NCBI GenBank assembly: GCA_963799775.1
Contig: CAWCYD010000003.1
Span: forward strand, 1,376,001-1,440,000
DNA length: 64,000 nucleotides
Source: an uncultured archaeon
GTDB taxonomy: Archaea > Thermoproteota > Nitrososphaeria > Nitrososphaerales > Gagatemarchaeaceae
Direction: 5' to 3'
Of this stretch, positions 1 to 10,366 are shown piece after piece; positions within the stretch are counted from its first letter, which is position 1; each line of letters begins with the position of its first letter. The notes below the pieces were generated by a model, which had not been told where the DNA came from, did no database searches, and worked only from the letters and a program-made list of their open reading frames with translations. Both the position numbers and the translations under genes were made by a program.

Positions 1-266
1 TCGCCCACGACGATCACCTCGAACTTCTCCTTCAGGCCGGCGTGCTCGCCTTCGGTGTCGACCATGGCGAACGGGACCTGGTTCTTGCAAAGCTCCTCGC
101 AGATCACACCCACCGCGTAGCTCTTGCCGCTGCCGCTCGCCCCGATTACGCACGTCCTCCCCGTCGCGATGATGTTGGCGTCGACCTCGAATGGCGTCTC
201 GCCATCCCAGCCGATGTGGAGGACGGGTTCGTGGGCGTCCGGCCCAATTTGCGTGGGCCTCTCCAT
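1..266 (-). CDS. HerA/DUF87-family P-loop ATPase, N-terminal part (runs off window)
   Basis: Manual translation from ATG at 266 gives MERPTQ...TCVIGASGSGKSYAVGVICEEL...MVDTEGEH: Walker A plus the DxxGE motif typical of HerA/DUF87. Confidence 0.8.
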   Translation of the reverse strand, partial: MERPTQIGPDAHEPVLHIGWDGETPFEVDANIIATGRTCVIGASGSGKSYAVGVICEELCKNQVPFAMVDTEGEHAGLKEKFEVIVVG

Positions 267-525
267 GGGAGCGTGAAGCGGGCCTGAAGGGATTTAACGG
301 TTCGCCTGTCACGAAGTTACTGCTTCTTGGCCGTGGAGAGCCGGATGTGCTTCATCCTCTGGTCCGGCTGCCCCTCCGATGCCTCCGCTTCTTGGTAGAG
401 AGAACGATTGCTATGTCGTAGGGGCTTAAGTATATGGTGAGCCTCCCCATGAAGAGACATCAGGAAATGCTCGCCCTTCTTCACGCCCGTCATCTCAGGA
501 TCACGGGCCGGCGCAGAGGCCGTCG

Positions 526-2307
526 ATGAGCGTCGACCACGCCGGAGGCGGCGCCTCGCTGGAAGCGTCTTCCCTTGAGGCCGGCCGCAACAACGAGACG
601 GCGCCCGCAAGAGCAAAGCCGAACCTTCCGATATTCTCCATCCTCGACTCAATAGACTTCTCGGACCACTTTGTGATCATCGGCGACGTCGGGACGGGAA
701 AGAGCACCGTCACCCCGATACACGAGTTCGAGTTGTCCGGGAGGCAGAGGCGCATCCTCATCCGGGAACCTTCGAGGGCGGCGTGCAACGCCCTGTTCTA
801 CTCCCTGGAGGCCCTCCATCCAGAGATAAAGCACGAGCTGTCGGTGATAACGAAGGACACGAAGATCAACGTGGGCGGAAGGGTAACGCTGGTCACGGAC
901 GGTGTCCTCCTGAGGATGCTCGCCGAGAACTCGGTTGTCAACTCCTCGATCTACTTCGACGAGAGCCACCAGATGTCCTCTCAGCTCGAGCTGTGCCTCT
1001 CTCTGGCGAATAGGGAGGAGTCGAAGGCGGGGAACCTCTTCCGGATAATGAGCGCGACCATCGACCCCCACGAGTTCCTCTCCTTCCTCGGCATCTCGAA
1101 GCTCTACACGCTCAGCGGCCGCAGGTTCCCGGTCTCGCTGGAGGTCGAGCTGGCCCGGGACGTCGACGACATGTTCAAGAAACTCTCGCTCTACCTCTTC
1201 AACCAGCCACACGACGAGTCGTGGCTCGTCTTCCTGCCGACGAGGCGGCTGGTGGAGAAATACGCGTCCAGCTACGGGGGCGTGTACATCCACGGCGGGC
1301 TCGAAGGCTCGGAGATCAACAAGATCCAGCTGCGTGCGGAGACGGACAAGAACCTGAGGATCTTCGCGACGAACGTCATCGCCTCTTCAGTGAACATCTA
1401 CGTCGACAACGTCCTGATCTTCAACGAGGTCATCGACGGCAAGGAGAAGGAAGGGCAGAAGACGCTCCACTACAAGAAGATAGACAACAACTCGCTCCTG
1501 CAGATGATGGGGAGGATAGGGCGCTTCAAGCCTGGCAGGGCCGTGATAATCAGCGACACGATGGTCCCGAAGAAGATCGAGGCCATCCCCGTGCGCAAGG
1601 CGCTTGAGACGGAGACGCCCTTCGACCTGGTCCTGCTCATGTCGAAGTACGGGCTGCGGCTCTCCGAGCTGGAGTTCATGTCGAAGGTGAACCACCGCGA
1701 GGTCGCGTTCGCCGACGACTGGCTCGTCCAGATAGGCGCGATCGACGGCCGCAGCCACGCGATAACCGAGAAGGGCCTGATCATGAGCGAGATCCCGTAC
1801 GACCCCGACTTCGCCCACATGATCTCCAGCGCCCTCATCTCCGGCGACTACGACATGGCCCGCTTCTTCCTGGCGAGCGGCGCCTTTGGAGACTCGCTCA
1901 ACCACGCGTGGAAGACCGAGCTGGAGGGCCTCGCCCGACACTTCCTCTACGGCTTCGACAAGTCGAACGAGCTGAACATCAAGGCCAACCTCCTCAAGAG
2001 GTGGTCGGAGGACACGCAGGGGTCGTTCAGGGCGAGGATGGTCACCCACGGGATCTACCCCGTCTTCGTCGAGGAGGCTTCGAAGAACTACTTCGCCGCG
2101 AGAGAGTCGCTCAACGACCTGCTGAGCTCGTCCGGAAGGGACCTGATCCCTCCCGAGATCGTGGCGAACCCAGAGGTCTCCAGGCTGAGGCCCTACCTCG
2201 ACGACTGCCTCTCGTTCCAGAGGTTCGAGCTCCACGAGAAGAACGCGCACAACCTCCACGAGATGGAGATCTATGGTCCAGTTCTACGCGATGAACCCTC
2301 ACGATAA
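526..2307 (+). CDS. DEAH/RHA (HrpA-like) superfamily 2 helicase
   Basis: Motifs I GDVGTGKST, Ia EPSRAA, Ib TDGVLLR, II DESH, III MSAT, V ATNVIASSVNI and VI QMMGRIGR. The extreme C-terminus may be frameshifted. Confidence 0.85.
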   Translation: MSVDHAGGGASLEASSLEAGRNNETAPARAKPNLPIFSILDSIDFSDHFVIIGDVGTGKSTVTPIHEFELSGRQRRILIREPSRAACNALFYSLEALHPEIKHELSVITKDTKINVGGRVTLVTDGVLLRMLAENSVVNSSIYFDESHQMSSQLELCLSLANREESKAGNLFRIMSATIDPHEFLSFLGISKLYTLSGRRFPVSLEVELARDVDDMFKKLSLYLFNQPHDESWLVFLPTRRLVEKYASSYGGVYIHGGLEGSEINKIQLRAETDKNLRIFATNVIASSVNIYVDNVLIFNEVIDGKEKEGQKTLHYKKIDNNSLLQMMGRIGRFKPGRAVIISDTMVPKKIEAIPVRKALETETPFDLVLLMSKYGLRLSELEFMSKVNHREVAFADDWLVQIGAIDGRSHAITEKGLIMSEIPYDPDFAHMISSALISGDYDMARFFLASGAFGDSLNHAWKTELEGLARHFLYGFDKSNELNIKANLLKRWSEDTQGSFRARMVTHGIYPVFVEEASKNYFAARESLNDLLSSSGRDLIPPEIVANPEVSRLRPYLDDCLSFQRFELHEKNAHNLHEMEIYGPVLRDEPSR

Positions 2308-2377
2308 ACTACAGGCAGATCCTCTTCGATGTCGTCGCGATGAACCCGCCTAGAGGGCGCCACAAGAGGAATCGGCG

Positions 2378-2809
2378 CTAGCCCGCGCCCGCCAGCACAG
2401 GCGCGACCTTGCTCGTGATCTCCTGCACGACGGTCGCGAGTTTCTCCCTGGCCAGTTCCAGGTCGGCGATCCCGACTCTCTCCAGACCTTTGGGGGCTTC
2501 GAGGGATGTCCGAGCGTGTTGGCTCCCCACTCGACTCAGCTCTTCCAGGACGTAGGCCACTTTCACTCCGAGGTTGGGCTCGAGTGCCCAGAGCCTCGCC
2601 CTTGACTTGTAGCGGCCTACGGAGCCGACCCGCATGACAACGAGTCCCGCCTCCTCGAGCTTCTGAAGCGAGCTGGCTGCGGTCCCCCAGTTGCTCACCC
2701 CGATAGCGTTCATGATGCGGTTCGTCGGCGCAGGCTCCCTGTTCCGGTGAAGGAAGAGAAGAATCTGAGGCGCGTGTGCGGCGCTCAGTACGTTGAAGAG
2801 TTCGACCAT
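2378..2809 (-). CDS. winged helix-turn-helix transcriptional regulator
   Basis: wHTH pattern (ILLFL...IMNAIGVSNWGT...LEEAGLV); paralog of 2947-3261. Confidence 0.7.
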   Translation of the reverse strand: MVELFNVLSAAHAPQILLFLHRNREPAPTNRIMNAIGVSNWGTAASSLQKLEEAGLVVMRVGSVGRYKSRARLWALEPNLGVKVAYVLEELSRVGSQHARTSLEAPKGLERVGIADLELAREKLATVVQEITSKVAPVLAGAG

Positions 2810-2946
2810 AATCGTGACACCTGAGAAAGATGTGTCGGACTAGTTACCGGTGATGGAAGAAACTATCTTATCGAACACGAGATGGATTCTTGATGAGAAA
2901 TGACCTTGAGCACTCAAGCAGCACTCGTAATACAAGGCATACGCCG

Positions 2947-3261
2947 TCATCTGCCGCGCATCGATTGGGCGTCCACGATGTTCCGCTCGATCTCTTTGAG
3001 TTCAGAAGCGACCTTGGAGCCGAGTTTGGGCTCGAGCTGCCAGAGATTCGCCTTCGAGTGATATCTACCCACCGTCCTCTCCCGGCGTAATATCAGGCCG
3101 GAGTCTTCTAGCATTGTCAGAGTCTTCCTGACAGTCGCCCAGTTCTGGACCCCTATGGCCGCCATGATCGATTTTGTCAGGACGGGTTCTTCCTTCTCCC
3201 TGAGGAACATGAGAATCATCGTGCAGTGCTTGGCTTCAAGGAGCGCGAGCGGTCGATTCAT
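2947..3261 (-). CDS. winged helix-turn-helix transcriptional regulator (tandem paralog)
   Basis: Shares AIGVxNW, LExxGL, VGRYxSxAxLW and LEPxLGxKVA with 2378-2809. Confidence 0.7.
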   Translation of the reverse strand: MNRPLALLEAKHCTMILMFLREKEEPVLTKSIMAAIGVQNWATVRKTLTMLEDSGLILRRERTVGRYHSKANLWQLEPKLGSKVASELKEIERNIVDAQSMRGR

Positions 3262-3646
3262 CGCGCAGGCCAGGCGCTAGAAGCGAGACGATGTCTTTCC
3301 AAGATTCGCGCATGCTTAGGACATTGCGAGGGCGATTTTAATATCAGGTAACGAACTACGTAGGTTGCATAGGGTTGTCCCGTATCGATCTTACGACAAT
3401 GAAAAAGAGAGCCAGATTGGGAGTCCCCCGGCTCCCAACCCGCTCACCTTGAATTTTCGGGACGCTGCCGAGTTCTGTGCACGCTCGGCAGGCCATGTAG
3501 ACCACGATTCCATATAATGAATGTCTCAAATCGTGCTAGTAGATTGTTCTAATGCCCAGAGATGGCCAATCGGAGGCATCAGAGGTCATTTTAGGCGCGG
3601 AACGGGTGCCATATGCCGTTTCTATCTCTGGGCCAGGTAGCTGGAA

Positions 3647-3988
3647 CTACTTGTAATATCTGAACTCGAGAATCAAGCAAGTCTTCAGACACTTGAAGGG
3701 GCCGTGCTCCTCTCCAGGTTCATGGAAGACATAGTCTCCGGCTCTAATTCTCTTCTTGGTCTTTGTGTTGAGCATCTCTCCTTCGAAGTAGAACGCTTCC
3801 TCGAAGAACTTGTGCGTGACGGGCTCGGAGAACTCCACTCCCTTCCTCACTCTGAGGACGTGGGTGTAGCTGCCGTCTTTGTGCCTGTGCAGCACCGCCT
3901 CGTCGACGCCGTCCGGCTCCCCGTCAGCATGTGACCAACTGAGGGTCGCTGACAGGAGGTTGGCGTATGCGCCAGCTTTGATGGCCAT
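3647..3988 (-). CDS. cupin domain protein (ChrR-like)
   Basis: Cupin motifs HKFFEEAFYFEG and GDYVFHEPGEEHGP. Confidence 0.75.
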   Translation of the reverse strand: MAIKAGAYANLLSATLSWSHADGEPDGVDEAVLHRHKDGSYTHVLRVRKGVEFSEPVTHKFFEEAFYFEGEMLNTKTKKRIRAGDYVFHEPGEEHGPFKCLKTCLILEFRYYK

Positions 3989-4111
3989 GGCTCATTGATG
4001 CTTCTCAACCGTAGAAAAAGGTGGCGCGATTACGGACCGATGCTCATGACGACACTTCTCTTCTTGCGCAAGGAAAATCAATGGGCAAGCCCGCGGGCAG
4101 CTGCGCCGAGA

Positions 4112-5023
4112 ATGACAGCGAAAGCCGAGCCCGACATCCCGACGAAGTGCCCCAACTGTGGGAAGGGGCCTTTCATCAGGGATCCGGATAGCGGAGAACT
4201 CGTCTGCTCCAATTGCGGCTACGTCCTCTTGGAGAAGGAGGAAGAAGAGGCGCCGGAGTTCGTCTCCGATGGGGAGGGTGGGTCGCGGCCGTCTGGCGCT
4301 CGGACCTCCATATCGCGGCCCACATGGGCCTGAGCACCGTGATCGGGCGGTCTGACAGCGACGCCAGAGGAGGGGCGATCAAGGGCCGCGCGAGGTCGAC
4401 CGTCGAGAGGATGAGAGTCTGGGATAGGAGGAGCCAGCCGAAGATCTCTGGCTACAGGGGGATGGGGAAGGCGTTCGACGAGATGAGAGCCCTTGCCGAG
4501 AAGCTCTCGGTGGGCGAGAACGTGGTGGACCAAGCCGCCTACATCTACAGGAAGGCCATCGAGCTGGGCATCAACAGGGGGCGGAGGACCGCCGACCTCG
4601 CCGCAGCCTCGTTCTACGCGGCGTGCAGGGAGCTGCAGATTCCCAGGAGCCTCAAGGACGTGGCTGCCGCGGTGAACATAGACAAGGGGGCCGTGTCGCG
4701 AGCGTATCGGGTCTTGCTCGGCAGGATGGACATCAGGATGCCGATCGAGTACACCGGCTAAGTCCCTACCGAAGATAGGCTCGGCGGTCGATGCATCTCC
4801 CGCGGCGATGAAGAGGGCCTACGAGATACTCGGCCAGGCGAACGCCAAGGGACTGTCCGCCGGCAAGGATCCCATGGCACAAGCCGGCGCGGCCTTGTAT
4901 CTGGCGGGCCGGTTGCAGGGAGAGAGGGGGATGAGCCAAAAGGAGATGGCGGCGGCCGCGGAGGTGACCGAGGTCACGCTCAGGAACCGATACAAGACGC
5001 TCAAGGCCGGACTGGGCCTGTAA
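4112..5023 (+). CDS. tfb: transcription initiation factor IIB (TFB), split by about two frameshifts
   Basis: Zn ribbon CPNCG...GELVCSNCGYVL, GLSTVIG, cyclin repeats (AAYIYRKA, GKDPMAQAGAALY, EVTEVTLRNRYK) spread over three ORFs. Confidence 0.9.
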
Positions 5024-5076
5024 GCCGCCTAAGCCTTCGACCAATCGCTAAATACCGAGCGACCTTATTCGGTCTT

Positions 5077-5598
5077 GTGTTCGAGACAGAAGCAGAGCTC
5101 GCCGAGCTCCAGCGACTACTGGATGAGAGCTACGAGAGGACTCGCGAAAGGATGTTGGTTGCATACAGCGCCGACCAGCGACTCTCCGCGGAGCAGCTCG
5201 CGGGCTTCAAAGGCGTCAAGCTCGTCGCCGTAGCATCCGTGAACAAGAAGGGGGAGCCCAGGGTGGCTCCGAGGAGCGCGGCCTTCCTCCACGGGAAGTT
5301 CTACCTCGCCGCCAACACAAAGTCGACCCTGGTGCGACGACTCTGGGTGAACCCGAAGGTCGCCACAACCTATTATGAGAATCGTCTCCTCGTGATGGGC
5401 CACGGACAGGTTGCCTTCCTTCGAAAGGGGGAAAAAGGATTCCGCGAGGTCCGCCCGGAATGGAAGAAAGCGTTTGGTGGAGGAGAGATGCACTGGGACG
5501 AGGTAGACCTATTCCTCAGGGTCGATGCGAATCAATTGGTGGCCTTCGCGAACCAGCCGAAGCGGTATCCCGGCGCGTGGGCCAAGACACATCCTTGA
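5077..5598 (+). CDS. pyridoxamine 5'-phosphate oxidase-like (split-barrel flavin/F420-binding) protein
   Basis: VASVNKKGEPRVAP...NPKVA pattern. Confidence 0.75.
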   Translation: MFETEAELAELQRLLDESYERTRERMLVAYSADQRLSAEQLAGFKGVKLVAVASVNKKGEPRVAPRSAAFLHGKFYLAANTKSTLVRRLWVNPKVATTYYENRLLVMGHGQVAFLRKGEKGFREVRPEWKKAFGGGEMHWDEVDLFLRVDANQLVAFANQPKRYPGAWAKTHP

Positions 5599-5655
5599 GA
5601 CTCGCTCGCCAGACATAAATCCGACTCTGACCTGTCGTTTGGGCCGCTTTCTGGT

Positions 5656-6519
5656 TTGAAGGGTAGGCGAAGCAAGACGATGTCGATGGAAGGCGCCGCG
5701 CCGGGTGGGCCGGTTCCGTTTCTCACGAAGGACAAGCTTGGGGCGGCGGTCGCGACCTTGCTCATCTCAGCGTCCATCCTGTCCTGGCTGGTCGTCGTCT
5801 ATGCCATGCCCCTAATGACGGTCATGTCAGGAGGAATGATGGGAGTCGCGTCCCTAGTCTCTTCACTCTCTGTGTCCGCTGTCGGGCTGTTCGAAGTCCT
5901 TTGGGTGGACGGAATGGCTGCGATGATGTTCCCTGCGATGATCCCCATCGTGCTCTTTTACAACCGATTCTCGACCAAGGCCGAGCCGAATCCGAGGGTT
6001 GCGAAGGTCGTGGGCACTCCCCTCTTCCTTGTCGGATACCTGGCGGTCTATGCTGGACTAGGCCTGATGGTCTATGTCGGCGTCTATCTGGCCGTGAGCC
6101 TGTCATCCGCAGCCCCGAGCCTCAGCCCTCTGGCTGCCATCGCGCCGGGGCTCCTGCTGGTGGTTGCGGGCCTATACCAACTGACTCCCCGCAAGTCAAG
6201 TTTCCTGATGCAGTGCGTCTCGCCGATAGCCTTCTTCACGCAGCACTCCCACGGTGGGTTGTTCGGAAGCCTGAGGATGGGGTTCGAGCATGGCAAATAC
6301 TGCGTCGGTTGCTGCTGGGCCTACATGCTCGTCATGTTCGCCGTGGCGTTGATGAGCATCCCGTTCATGGCCGTCCTTGCCGTGGTGATAGCGTTCGAGA
6401 AGGTCTTGCTGCGGGGTGCGGTCTGGCTGACGAGAGGGATCGCCGTGGGGTTCGTGGTCCTGGGGCTGGCGTCCATCCTCTACCCAGGCGTGCTTGGGCT
6501 TCTTTCCGTCGGCCTCTGA
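5656..6519 (+). CDS. DUF2182 metal-binding integral membrane protein
   Basis: MAAMMFP, AGLYQLTPRK, HGKYCVGCCWAYM and FEK motifs; multiple TM helices. Confidence 0.85.
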   Translation: MKGRRSKTMSMEGAAPGGPVPFLTKDKLGAAVATLLISASILSWLVVVYAMPLMTVMSGGMMGVASLVSSLSVSAVGLFEVLWVDGMAAMMFPAMIPIVLFYNRFSTKAEPNPRVAKVVGTPLFLVGYLAVYAGLGLMVYVGVYLAVSLSSAAPSLSPLAAIAPGLLLVVAGLYQLTPRKSSFLMQCVSPIAFFTQHSHGGLFGSLRMGFEHGKYCVGCCWAYMLVMFAVALMSIPFMAVLAVVIAFEKVLLRGAVWLTRGIAVGFVVLGLASILYPGVLGLLSVGL

Positions 6520-6523
6520 AGGG

Positions 6524-7195
6524 TCAGGGGCCTTTGAAGTTCAGCGTCTGACAGAAGAACGCGTTCTTTCCGGACTCGTCGAAGGTGAGGTTGGGGCTCA
6601 CCACCCGCATGACCTTGCTCTTGCAGGCCTTCGCGGTCTGCCAGATGAATCCCTTTGGGATGTGGACCTCCGTCTCCGACTCGACACCCGTGACAGGGTT
6701 CCTGAAGGGCTCTATCTTCACGTCGACCACCCCCGGCACGGAGAAGTGGCTGTTCTTCCCGTCGATCTTGTACCGGACCTCGACGAACCTGGGCTCGAGG
6801 AAGTACTTCATCGTGCCAGCGAAGACCGCGAAGTGCCCGTTGCCTTTCGCCTTCCCGCCGATGATGGCCGCGACCGCGTCCCTCTGTTTGCCCCTGGCGT
6901 TCTCCCCGATGTAGAGCTGCAAGTGCCCGTCGCCTTCGTGTATCGCCTTGGGCCAGGAGGCGACGTACACGACCGGGATGTTCTCGAGGGTGACGTCCCC
7001 ATAGTGCCCCTTTGTGATGTTGAACATGACTATCGCCCGGCAGAAGCCGTAGCTTGGGATTCCGCTGAAGTTGCAGGGACACCCATAGTCGCAGTTGCAT
7101 GTCTCGACGTAGTTGACGGTTATCTGCCAGTCTGGGATGTGCGTCTTGCCCTTGGCCGCCTCCTTTGCTTTGGCCGCCTGGGCCGTTATGGCCAA
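6524..7195 (-). CDS. DUF1326 domain protein
   Basis: ETCNCDYGCPC...GFC motif; usual genomic partner of DUF2182. Confidence 0.85.
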   Translation of the reverse strand: MAITAQAAKAKEAAKGKTHIPDWQITVNYVETCNCDYGCPCNFSGIPSYGFCRAIVMFNITKGHYGDVTLENIPVVYVASWPKAIHEGDGHLQLYIGENARGKQRDAVAAIIGGKAKGNGHFAVFAGTMKYFLEPRFVEVRYKIDGKNSHFSVPGVVDVKIEPFRNPVTGVESETEVHIPKGFIWQTAKACKSKVMRVVSPNLTFDESGKNAFFCQTLNFKGP

Positions 7196-7254
7196 CGCAG
7201 ACGCGCAAGTGGCCCGAAGATATTAGTGTTTGACAGCCCTTGCTGAGGGAGCGT

Positions 7255-7425
7255 ATGAAGAGTGAAGTCCTTCTTGGGGTCACCGTCCTCACCCCAGGAG
7301 GAACGACGATCGTCCCCACCTCTGTGACGAGGTTACTGAAGCTAGACTCGGCATCCCGGGGGAGAACAAAGATTCTGTGGACTCTGGAAGGCGACGCAGT
7401 GATCGTTTCGAAAGGGACACCCTGA
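7255..7425 (+). CDS. small AbrB-like DNA-binding protein
   Basis: GGTTIVPTSVTRLLKL...ILWTLEGDAVIVSK swapped-hairpin pattern. Confidence 0.55.
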   Translation: MKSEVLLGVTVLTPGGTTIVPTSVTRLLKLDSASRGRTKILWTLEGDAVIVSKGTP

Positions 7426-7762
7426 GTCGAGTTACAAGAAGACGATGTTGAGAAGAGGTGGCAGGACTGCGTTCCCCAAGCACATACTGAAGGCCTTGAG
7501 GCTCAGGCCCGCGGTCGAAGGGGGAGAGAGTCTGGTATGGGTCCGAAGGGGCGACCAGATTCTCGTCAGGAGGGCAACGCCTCGGACGACAAGGACCGGA
7601 TAGGTGTCTCGAGGTCAGAAAAGGGAAGGAATTTTCTAGGCAGCGCTCTTTGGCTGGTAGACGAACGAGGTCTCGCTTGCGCTGACTCCGTTCGTTGGTC
7701 AGTGCTGCGCGAGAAGGTTTATCAGAAAGTAGACCATTTGGTAAACCGAGGAAGCATGCGAC

Positions 7763-7993
7763 ATGTCGGTTGTAAGCGTAAAAATTCCAGATAAGACGAA
7801 AAGAGAGATGGAGGAATTCAAAGACAAGGTCGAGTGGCCGTCCGAAATCAGAGCCTTCATAGAGGCAAGGCTTGACCAGGCAAGAAGAGAGGATACTTTG
7901 GAGCGAGTCGAGAGAATGTTGAAGAATCAACCCAAAGTAAAGCGCGGGACAGCATCAAAGCTGGTGCGAGAAGATCGTGACAGCGGTCATTGA
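7763..7993 (+). CDS. vapB: VapB-type RHH antitoxin
   Basis: MSVVSVKIP...VEWPSEIRAFI...LVREDRD; overlaps the downstream PIN gene. Confidence 0.8.
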   Translation: MSVVSVKIPDKTKREMEEFKDKVEWPSEIRAFIEARLDQARREDTLERVERMLKNQPKVKRGTASKLVREDRDSGH

Positions 7994-8390
7994 TGCTTCT
8001 GCTCTTGTCGCATTCTGCCTCAATGAGGACGGCTTAGACAGACAGAGGCTCAAAGCGCATTTTCTGAAAGGCGTCATCAGCGTGGACATGATAAGAGTCG
8101 AGTCCGCCAATGCAATATTAGTCTCGAAAAGAAGAGGAGTGACGAAGGACGACGGGGTCAAGCTCGCCCTCTCGAGCATGCTCGAGCTTTCAAGGAATAA
8201 CATCAAACTGATTCCTCAAGACGACGAACTGATCTTTGACGCGTTTGAAGTGAGCGAGAGCACGACATTAGCAATTTACGACTCGCTTTATCTCTCTCTC
8301 GCGAAGAGGATGAGTGCGAGCCTCCTTTCGAAGGATGAAGGTCAGATGAACGCGGCGAGGAGTCTAGGAGTCAAGACAGAGAATATCTAA
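7977..8390 (+). CDS. vapC: VapC PIN-domain toxin
   Basis: VIDASAL, ESANAI, IYDSLYLSLA and LLSKD motifs. Confidence 0.9.
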   Translation: MTAVIDASALVAFCLNEDGLDRQRLKAHFLKGVISVDMIRVESANAILVSKRRGVTKDDGVKLALSSMLELSRNNIKLIPQDDELIFDAFEVSESTTLAIYDSLYLSLAKRMSASLLSKDEGQMNAARSLGVKTENI

Positions 8391-8400
8391 GACGGATGGA

Positions 8401-8411
8401 TGCGGTCGCCG
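8401..8411 (-). repeat. distal att-like copy of the tRNA-Gly 3' end
   Basis: tgcggtcgccg is identical to 40886-40896 and lies just upstream of the integrase. Confidence 0.6.
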
Positions 8412-8487
8412 CGATGCTTAGGCCGCGATGGCCAATCCGCGACTGCTGAGATACCCCGCGTTAAATGCGGTCCCGCCCACCTACCGC

Positions 8488-9776
8488 ATGACCCCGGACC
8501 AGATATACGACTACGGCTATGACATGAGGAACGCTGAGAAGAAGCTCGAAGAGGAACCCGAAGGTAAAGCCCCAGGACAGGAAGACAATCCAAGCCTTCA
8601 TGAAGCACATCAAGCCCCAGGGGATATCACTGGGGCGCCAGGCGAAGTACGTCAACCTGCTGCACCGCTGCGCTCAGCTGATCCGCGTGCCGTTCGGCAA
8701 GGCCCGGCGCCAGGACATCGATGGACCTAATCACGCGGCTCGCAGATTATGAATTCACTGTCAAGGGCCCGAACCGGAGCGAGACGCGGCGCCACTACTC
8801 CCCGGCGACCATGTCCGACTTCCGCATGGCGATCAAGAGGTTCCAGAAGTTCGTGAGATACGGGGACACCGACCTCACCACCCCCTTCCCGGACGAGGTG
8901 AGATGGCTGCGGGGGAGCATCAAGGTCAGCGAAAGGCGGGAGCCCGAGTTCTTCACCGACTGGGATGTGGAGGCCCTGCTAAAGGCTGCGGATGGCATCA
9001 GGGACAAGGCCATTATTGCGGTGGCGGCGGAGTTGGGGACGCGGGTCAGCGAACTCCTGCTAATCCGGCTCGGGGACGTCCAGTTCGACGACGCCGGGGC
9101 GATCCTGCACATCCGGCGCGGGAAGACGGGCTCCCGGACCCTGAGGTTGATTTCGTCGGTGGCGTATCTCGCAGACTACATGTCAATCCATCCGTTCAGG
9201 AACACTGACCCTGAGGCCCCGCTCTGGCTGTCAACGAGCACCAACCACCTCAACGAGCCTGTGAGCTGGGTGGCGTGCTCGAGGATGCTAAAGGACACGG
9301 CGAAGAAGGCCGGGATCAAGAAATCTCGCATCCACATGTACATGTTTCGTCACGGGAGCGCAACAAGGAATGCGAAGTATCTCTCGGACGCAGAGTTGCG
9401 TCTGATGTACGGCTGGTCGGCCTCCTCCAAGATGCCGGCTGTATACGTGCATCTCACCGGCGGGCACCTCGACGAGAAGTACCGGCAGGTCTACGGCTCG
9501 GGGCGGCCCGTCGAGCCTCCGAAGCCGAGCTTCTCCCCGGTGATTTGCCCGAGGTGTCAGGAGAAGGCCTCCCCAGGGATGCTCTACTGCCCCAGGTGTG
9601 CTTCGCCCTTGGACCAGGCGGAGAGGGCCAAGATTGCGGTTCAGCAGGAGAGCACCAAGAAGGAGGTGTCGGAGCTGAGGGGCCTTTTGGAAAGATACCT
9701 CAAGGCGCCGGCTTCCGAGCTGGAAAGCCACGCAGCAGGTGACACCACGGCGCAGAGGGGCACGGCTCCCGCCTGA
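8488..9776 (+). CDS. tyrosine recombinase/integrase with C-terminal Zn ribbon (frameshifted in the N-terminal region)
   Basis: GTRVSE (R), GKTG (K), MFRHGSA, YGWS and AVYVHL (Y); CPRC..YCPRC; TATA-like TTAAAT 22-27 nt upstream of ATG 8488. Confidence 0.9.
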
Positions 9777-9787
9777 GGGGCTCTGGT

Positions 9788-10250
9788 TTGACCCGAGACT
9801 TCTACGCGGTCCTGGGGGTGCCGAGGGCGGCTTCGATGGCCGAGATCAAGGAAGCCTTCAGGAGGCTCGCGTTGCAATACCACCCCGACAAGGACGCAGC
9901 GGAAGCCGAGAGGTTCAAGGAGATGAGCGAAGCCTATGCCGCCCTGTCGGACGCCGCGAAGAGGGCCCTGTACGATGCCCTTGGCCCCGACAAGTACGAT
10001 GACCCGCGTGAGGTTCATGTTTTACAGGCTGAACCAGGAAGCGGCCAACCGCGAGATGGAGAGGGAGTACGAAACGTCGAGGTCGGCGCAGAAGCACAGC
10101 GATGCGGAGGGCCTAGGATTTGTAATCTTCATCCTCCTCATCATGGATTTCCTGATTCCCTCGTGGGTCTTTGGGCCCTGGTTCTACGTGTTCAATGCCT
10201 TCCTCATCCTCGCCATAGCGGTCGGCGTCTACGATTCGTTGAAGCCCTGA
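9788..10250 (+). CDS. DnaJ (J-domain) protein with C-terminal TM helices (frameshift near 10010)
   Basis: DFYAVLGV...LQYHPDK...AYAALSD; second frame encodes hydrophobic [19 protein letters not shown]; paralog at 39144-39551. Confidence 0.8.
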
Positions 10251-10366
10251 TTACGCGCCTAGATTCCGAGAGAGCGATTTTTCGCCCGACCGGCCAGTCC
10301 CAAGGCCTCCGCCGGGTTGACATAAGCAGCCCTCTGTCTTCGATTTTATAAAGTTCTAAACTTTAA

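Noticed and set aside
649-2294. Long antisense or overlapping ORFs here and over paoABC, the LLM oxidoreductase and phzF
   Set aside because: Shadow ORFs caused by high GC at third codon positions; no recognisable motifs.
4112-5023. Programmed frameshifting in tfb (and paoC)
   Set aside because: Several unrelated genes are split with no common slippery motif; sequencing indels are more parsimonious.
5656-7195. DUF2182/DUF1326 pair as a novel system
   Set aside because: A well-known gene pair; only the convergent orientation is atypical.
7511-7517. GCGGTCG as a further att that would include the 7763-8390 vapBC in the island
   Set aside because: A 7-bp match is expected by chance, although the TA pair abutting the att at 8401 may still be mobile-derived.
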